From assembly GCA_964658305.1 (NCBI GenBank), contig OZ210885.1, forward strand, positions 2,728,001 to 2,792,000: DNA of 64,000 nt, given 5' to 3'. Below the pieces are notes generated by a model, which ran no database searches, had not been told where the DNA came from, and saw only the letters and a program-made list of their open reading frames with translations. Numbering within the stretch: position 1 is the first letter of the stretch; each line of letters begins with the position of its first letter. The stretch is from Leptogorgia sarmentosa. Lineage: Eukaryota. The translations under genes were made by a program, and so were the position numbers. Shown one piece after another: positions 58,147 to 64,000 of this stretch.

Positions 58147-61100
58147 GGTTGCACTGATGATCCTTCGTACTTTGATTCAAAACTGATTTGAACTCTGTAG
58201 GTTTTGCGCGATTTTATACCCTTTCGCGCCTTCACTTCCTTATCACTTTTCGGTAAGGATTCGGTGAGTTTTTCCTGTTTCGATTCGCTCCAATTAACTC
58301 GATAGGAAGCGGTGGGTGTGTTGGGAACACAACAAACCGAACAAACCTACATCAACGTTGCAGCGCAAAGAATCTTTACTCTTCAGTTTATTTTCGTATC
58401 GACCTCCTGCATTGCCCACATGATACAAAGCTAATTACATAGGACAGCCTCACGCCTACAGTAGTTTAACACATGTGCCAAACCTAAAGTTAATGAGGCG
58501 ATTTCTTTTTCGAGCCTATTTGCAATAAACTAAACTAAACTATATAAACAGAATCGACGTTTTGAGCTAACGCCCCACACATGCATTTGCATCTTTAAGG
58601 CCCACATAGACCGGACGCTATTCGGCAACTCGACGCAATTTTTCATTTTTTACAGGCCATCATAATATTGTCCTTGATGCAATATTTCCCAATAATTTTT
58701 TGCGGCAAAACACTTTAAGTCATTAGGTTCGCATGGCTTCCAAAATTTACTTTCTCGCACAGTTCTCTGTACTTTCAAAAACTGAAAAATCCCGTCGTGT
58801 TACCGAAGACTTTAGGTGGGGGTAGAACTGTTCCTGTTTGATGTTGTTATCCGCTTTCTACACTGCATGGTCACATATTATGAAATATGAACGTGCAGTT
58901 CCGCGTTGAATCTGGGTTCAATCGTTGACTTAAAAATGCTAGCTATATAATTATAACGCAGCAAAGAAAACGGTAACTTTTGTTTTTACACAGGGTAACT
59001 TCAGAAATGCAAAAACTGAAACACTGGCATCAATGATAACTCTGAAAAGATGAACTTTACTGAATTTTATTCAAAGTTATTTTTAGGACTCGCCGTATTT
59101 GGGGACACTTGGCGAGTATCCTGGCAACCACATTGTAAATATTCCTTTTAGTGTAGTAATTGTTGAGCATTATTATAATTATCATTAAATCAAAAAAACT
59201 TCTAGGCAAAATAATGAAATGTGCAAATCTTCATACACATGCACATTTAGGAGAAATACAACGTTAACTTCATAGTTTAATGATTCTTCGCGCTTTGTCT
59301 AAAACTTGATTCCAACTGTATAGTATTTCATCTTCGTATTATTTTGTACTCCCTTCTTTAATATTAATTCCTTGTCGGTATTTTACAAAAATTAAATACA
59401 TTTTTCTTGTTTCCGACAACTTGGTATTTTTACTCACATAGGCCTTTCTGTAGTTGCGACGTCGAACTTTTCATGTCGCAAAGCAAAAGCTCGAACAAGG
59501 AACTTAGGTCCTTAGGGTTCGGCACATCAAAAGCCCGACGTCTTAACTATAGGGTTCATATCCATATTATGTAATCGGTGTGGACTTTCGCCAAAAAAGG
59601 TACTTTCATGTCAGGAGAAAGAATGTTTGTTTAGGCCTAAGTTAGTCCTTGAGTTCGGAAATGTCTTGAAGCCTTTTGTAGATGATATTATAAAACAGTC
59701 TGCATGATATGTGATATTGCATGGTGCATGAATCAAAACGGTTTTATTAAGTATAAAGCCGCAAATAGTACAGAATTTAAAGTTGTACGTCATTTCTTCA
59801 CACATTTTCTGATTTTTTCGTACATTTTGACGCTATTCCTTAACGCTACCGAGGTTGGGTTGCAGTCACTATGGCATTGAAATTAGAATTTTAATTCTCT
59901 TAGTATAGCTATACATATATATAAATTTATATAATAATACATATCCGCAAGGAAGTTGGGAGGGAATAATTTAAGAATGTTGAAAAAAAGCAAAGCTCAT
60001 ACTGTACTGTGTACTGACCTTACATTTTATGGGTTCAAAGCTTAATAATGGGAGCACAAGTTCAAACCTCATAGTGGAATATTGCGAGTACTTCTGAATA
60101 AATTGTTCTCGTAAGGAGACATCAGTCTACCATGTCTCTAACAGTTTCTTATCATTCCTAAAATAATTGAATGTTGCTCTCCTTTATGGTTTGCACGTTT
60201 AGAGTAAGGTTTTAGGTTCAGAGTTTAAAGTCTTCAAATAAAGGACTCGCGCGCGCCTTTTGTGATTTAACTCAATTATACATACTAGCTAAAACAAATA
60301 CCGGCATCAGGATGCATGCATGGTGTATAGTTAAGTATTCTTATAATAAAGTTGCATTATTTTTCAGTTGAAAGTAATATTAGCCTTTTTACCAAATGTG
60401 GCCTTAAAACGTTGTGTGTTAATTTTGGGATGAACAAAACCTTGCCAACCTTTTGTGCCAAACTTCTCAAATCAAAACTACTATATATGTATATATTATC
60501 TCATTTGAGTGTGTTTACCTGGGCTTATTGATAAGGAGGAACTGAATTTGAAGCGTGGGTTTGACAAATTCACCCGAAATGGGCAGTTCGAGTTTTAGTT
60601 TATAAATGCAAGGAATAATGGGAAGTATTAGCCATCATGTGATTATGATATCATTATAATATAATGCCTTGTTTCCATCTCCCTTGCGAGCACAACTATT
60701 GCGCAAGTACAACTATATTGCCTGTTGGTGCAATAAAAATATACCAATATATACCAATCCACAAAGCCAGTACCTATTTTGAGGTTTACACAACTAAGTT
60801 TCAATTGATATAATATCCCTACTAATATTAATTTTCCAGCAGATGTCTTAATTCATAAAGGTCGGATAGGAAGAAAATAGAGGGTGGGGTACACTTGTTT
60901 TTTTTTATATATATTGGATTGTTTGAAAGTTTGAACTTAATAGAGGAAATGCGCGCATATACTCGTCTGTTCAACAGAAAATTAGATATAGCTGTATATG
61001 CGTGGTCCTTGCTCCAATACCAGGTTTCGGTTCCTGTATAATTAATTATATAACTATTGCTGTGCCGCTGTATCACGTTTATACTTAATAGTAGTTGCCA

Positions 61101-64000
61101 AAATTCTCAGAGCACGTTATATTCTTGAACCTGTTGCAGCTATGATTTATGTACATATATATTGTGTGATTAAATTGGATATAGGAACTGAAATTTTGAG
61201 CGCACAGTGGGTAAAGTTATATAGTTTATAACAAAGTGTTTTCTAACTTTTCAGAGGGAATTGGAAGGAAAATGATATTTCGGCATAGCATCTTTCGAAA
61301 ATAGCTACAAATTTAATTAGCTAGGTCCTCAACGTGGGTAAGACGGATACATCAATACCGACCGTTTAGGTAATTACTAGATGATTCCAGCCAACAGATA
61401 ATTCCATTTTGTTCTACGCATATGAAGAAGGAATATATCACCACAGGTAGAATGAGCGTCTTGAAATTAGTGACTGCAAGATGTTTCGTTGCAAAATGTT
61501 GTCAAAAAGAAAAAAAAACATAGCTATAGCTCTTGTGTAGCTTGCAAATTTTATATTACCCACCCAGACCAAAATAACCATGACTTGTGATGCAAAAGTG
61601 CGTAAAACGACCCCACGTAGCTACAACAATATTCAAAATTTTCAGATTTCACTGGACTATGTTTTCCCGCATTTCACAATTTACGACAAAACTTTCACAG
61701 TTCTATACCAAATTTAAAGCCCCATTCACACGACCAATTTTCTTTGAAAAATTTTATATGCCAAATGCATTTTCGCAAAACCTATAGCCTTCAAAAAGGC
61801 CAGCTTTTTGAATTCACGGATCTAGCTGTGTTTCCCAATCATCCATTAACTTCCTTGTTTTCTGTTTTTCCATTTAATTTCCTTGTTCTTGCGGTTTGGA
61901 CATCCTTTTTGGTGCTGAGTGTACCCAAGGACCAATCTCGTCCCCCACGCACTGGCGTAAAACATCAAACAAAATCGACTCGCCGGGAACCAGGTTGCCA
62001 TGGACTTATAACGTTTCAGTTCGTTTACTAAGGCGTCGTGTTTTTATAAATATTTTCAAATACTTGCATATATCAATCACATGTGCATAATTCCAATATG
62101 ATTCCATTTAAAACAGCAGCATTAATGTATCTAATATGATCGCCTGTAAAACAGCAGCATTAATGTATCTAATTTGATCATGAGGCACATGAAGTACATT
62201 GAAACAGTAATATAAAGACAAGTATACAACATTGCATATATGCACACATAATTTATTATATTATATATGATATATGCGCACATAATTTATATAAGCATAA
62301 TTGGAAGTAAAGCAACGACCATATTGAGTTTCATTCTTTGTTCAAGATTATAAATTATATAAGCTACATAATTTTAGTGACATTGGCCAAACAGGTATTC
62401 GCTGAATTCAACTTCAATAGCTATATACTCATATTCGAAATATCATTTCTTATACAATAGAAGCATGATTGCTGTAGTTTATTCGGTGACTAATTACTTC
62501 ACGAACATAAAATATTTCTGATTTGAACCTAAATGATATAATAGGATTCCACGTTTCGAGAAAAAGCCCCTTATGGAGAATTTGTCAATTGGGAATTTCC
62601 CGACGAAGGGCCTTTCCCAAAACTCTTATTAATTTTTATTATTATTACACAAATCTTATTATATCGTTTAGGTAGTGAGTGAAACTTTTACTGCTTCTTA
62701 ACTATAGTCCACAATAGTAAATGGAAGGAACCACTTCTGAACTCCTCATCAATCATTATACTGTTGTTATTCTAGCTATTCAGGGTGTCCCAAAAAAAAG
62801 TCACCGGCCTCTGTAGAAATCAGCTATTTTATTGTCAAACGTGCGTTGTAATGCTTTGAGAATATACTCGGACAGAAGTATTTATTATAACAGCACGCGC
62901 TTTTGTTGCTGTTCGTCAGAAGCTAATTTAAATTTCCAGAGGCGCAATAACCCGAGATTAACAACAAAAGAGTGGTTTTTATAGAGGGGACGTTTTTGGG
63001 TCAATTGCTCAATGCAGCCATGAAAAGGAAGCTAACTGCATGTATAAGCTAATGTAAAAGCATTGGATTGATGAGGAACGCCGAAAAGATTAGGGATATT
63101 AACAAATAAGCGACAAACAAGACACGATTCATAACGGATATTTGAGACACCGGACGAGAATAAGCGTGGTCTCAAGTGGTGCCCTCTTGCGTCCTCTACC
63201 GTCTTGCACAAAGGAGGTTTTGATTATAACAGGAAGATTTTAGATCACGATTTTTTATTAAAATCTGCGTTGGCGAGCCAAAACCAAGGAAAATGAACAT
63301 CTGACTTTAAGACTTAGCTACTTCCTATAGTTCCAATTCAGATGTAGTTTAAATTTAAACATGTGTCGTGGTACAATGCGCGCAGGTTTGTCATAGTAGG
63401 GCCTTCTTACCTTAGAAGTCATAAACCTAGCACTAAAGCTAATTCTATTTCTTCGAAATCTAACATAAGAGAGTCGACGTGATCATGTTGCTTCCTTGTC
63501 GCTGAATAAAATAATGAAATTAGAATTCAATCTAAAAATTCGAAAAACTGACACTATACAATTAACCTAGTTCGAATTCAATATAATTATCCGTGTGGCT
63601 GTTGCTACTCCTACTCCCTATAAGTTTTAAATTCGATATATGTATATATATATATATGGTGTCAACATTTTACTAAGAATTAACAAAGAATAAAGGAATT
63701 GGCCAGTTATATGTTTTCACGCATATTGTAGGTCGTAGTAGAAGCCTTAGCTACTTATTTTCTTATCAATTGGCACAGTGTAGCTATATTTACGCCCGAT
63801 GCGGAATTTTAGGCCATTTAATAGTGTACTGGCTGCCTGGACGCACTAAAAGCTTTATAACTCTATAAATTAACGCAATTGAACTTTTAACCAATTTATG
63901 GGAAAAAAATTCGTTTAGTGACATGACTTTACCAATGATTGTGATATTTTACAGTAATCTTTACAGCGACGGCAAATGAGAACTCAATGAATCTTCGGTA

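Noticed and set aside
60000..64000. Short ORFs in the right-hand 4 kb
   Set aside because: I found no recognisable domains, splice-consistent exons or paralogous support; treated as intergenic.

Overview
AT-rich, intron-containing animal genomic DNA; the gene and repeat content suggests a cnidarian such as a coral, but this is inference only. All host genes I could build lie on the minus strand in one tandem array. From right to left: (1) a secreted heme peroxidase of the peroxidase-cyclooxygenase/MPO-PXDN type, about 844 aa, with an N-terminal cadherin-like segment and a basic Cys-rich tail (50.9-56.5 kb), plus a second signal-peptide exon at 58.1 kb; (2) two complete 8-exon astacin metalloprotease genes ending in a ShKT/PLAC-like 6-Cys domain (37.9-45.3 kb and 19.7-30.5 kb); (3) an orphan, frameshifted copy of that terminal exon (8.0-8.1 kb); (4) the first two exons of a third astacin running off the left edge. 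The main observation is that the unrelated peroxidase sits inside the astacins' expression shell: it has a homologous TATA promoter, 5'UTR and signal-peptide exon, a GSTG linker ending in a phase-1 intron, and a homologous 3'UTR, poly(A) site and downstream flank. The remainder is CR1/L2-type LINEs (one with an intact 709-aa RT ORF), many MITEs (Tc1/mariner-, P-, Kolobok-, Harbinger- and MULE-like), tRNA-derived hairpin elements, large fold-back duplications and microsatellites. Exon models were built by hand from GT-AG sites and phase consistency; there is no transcript evidence.
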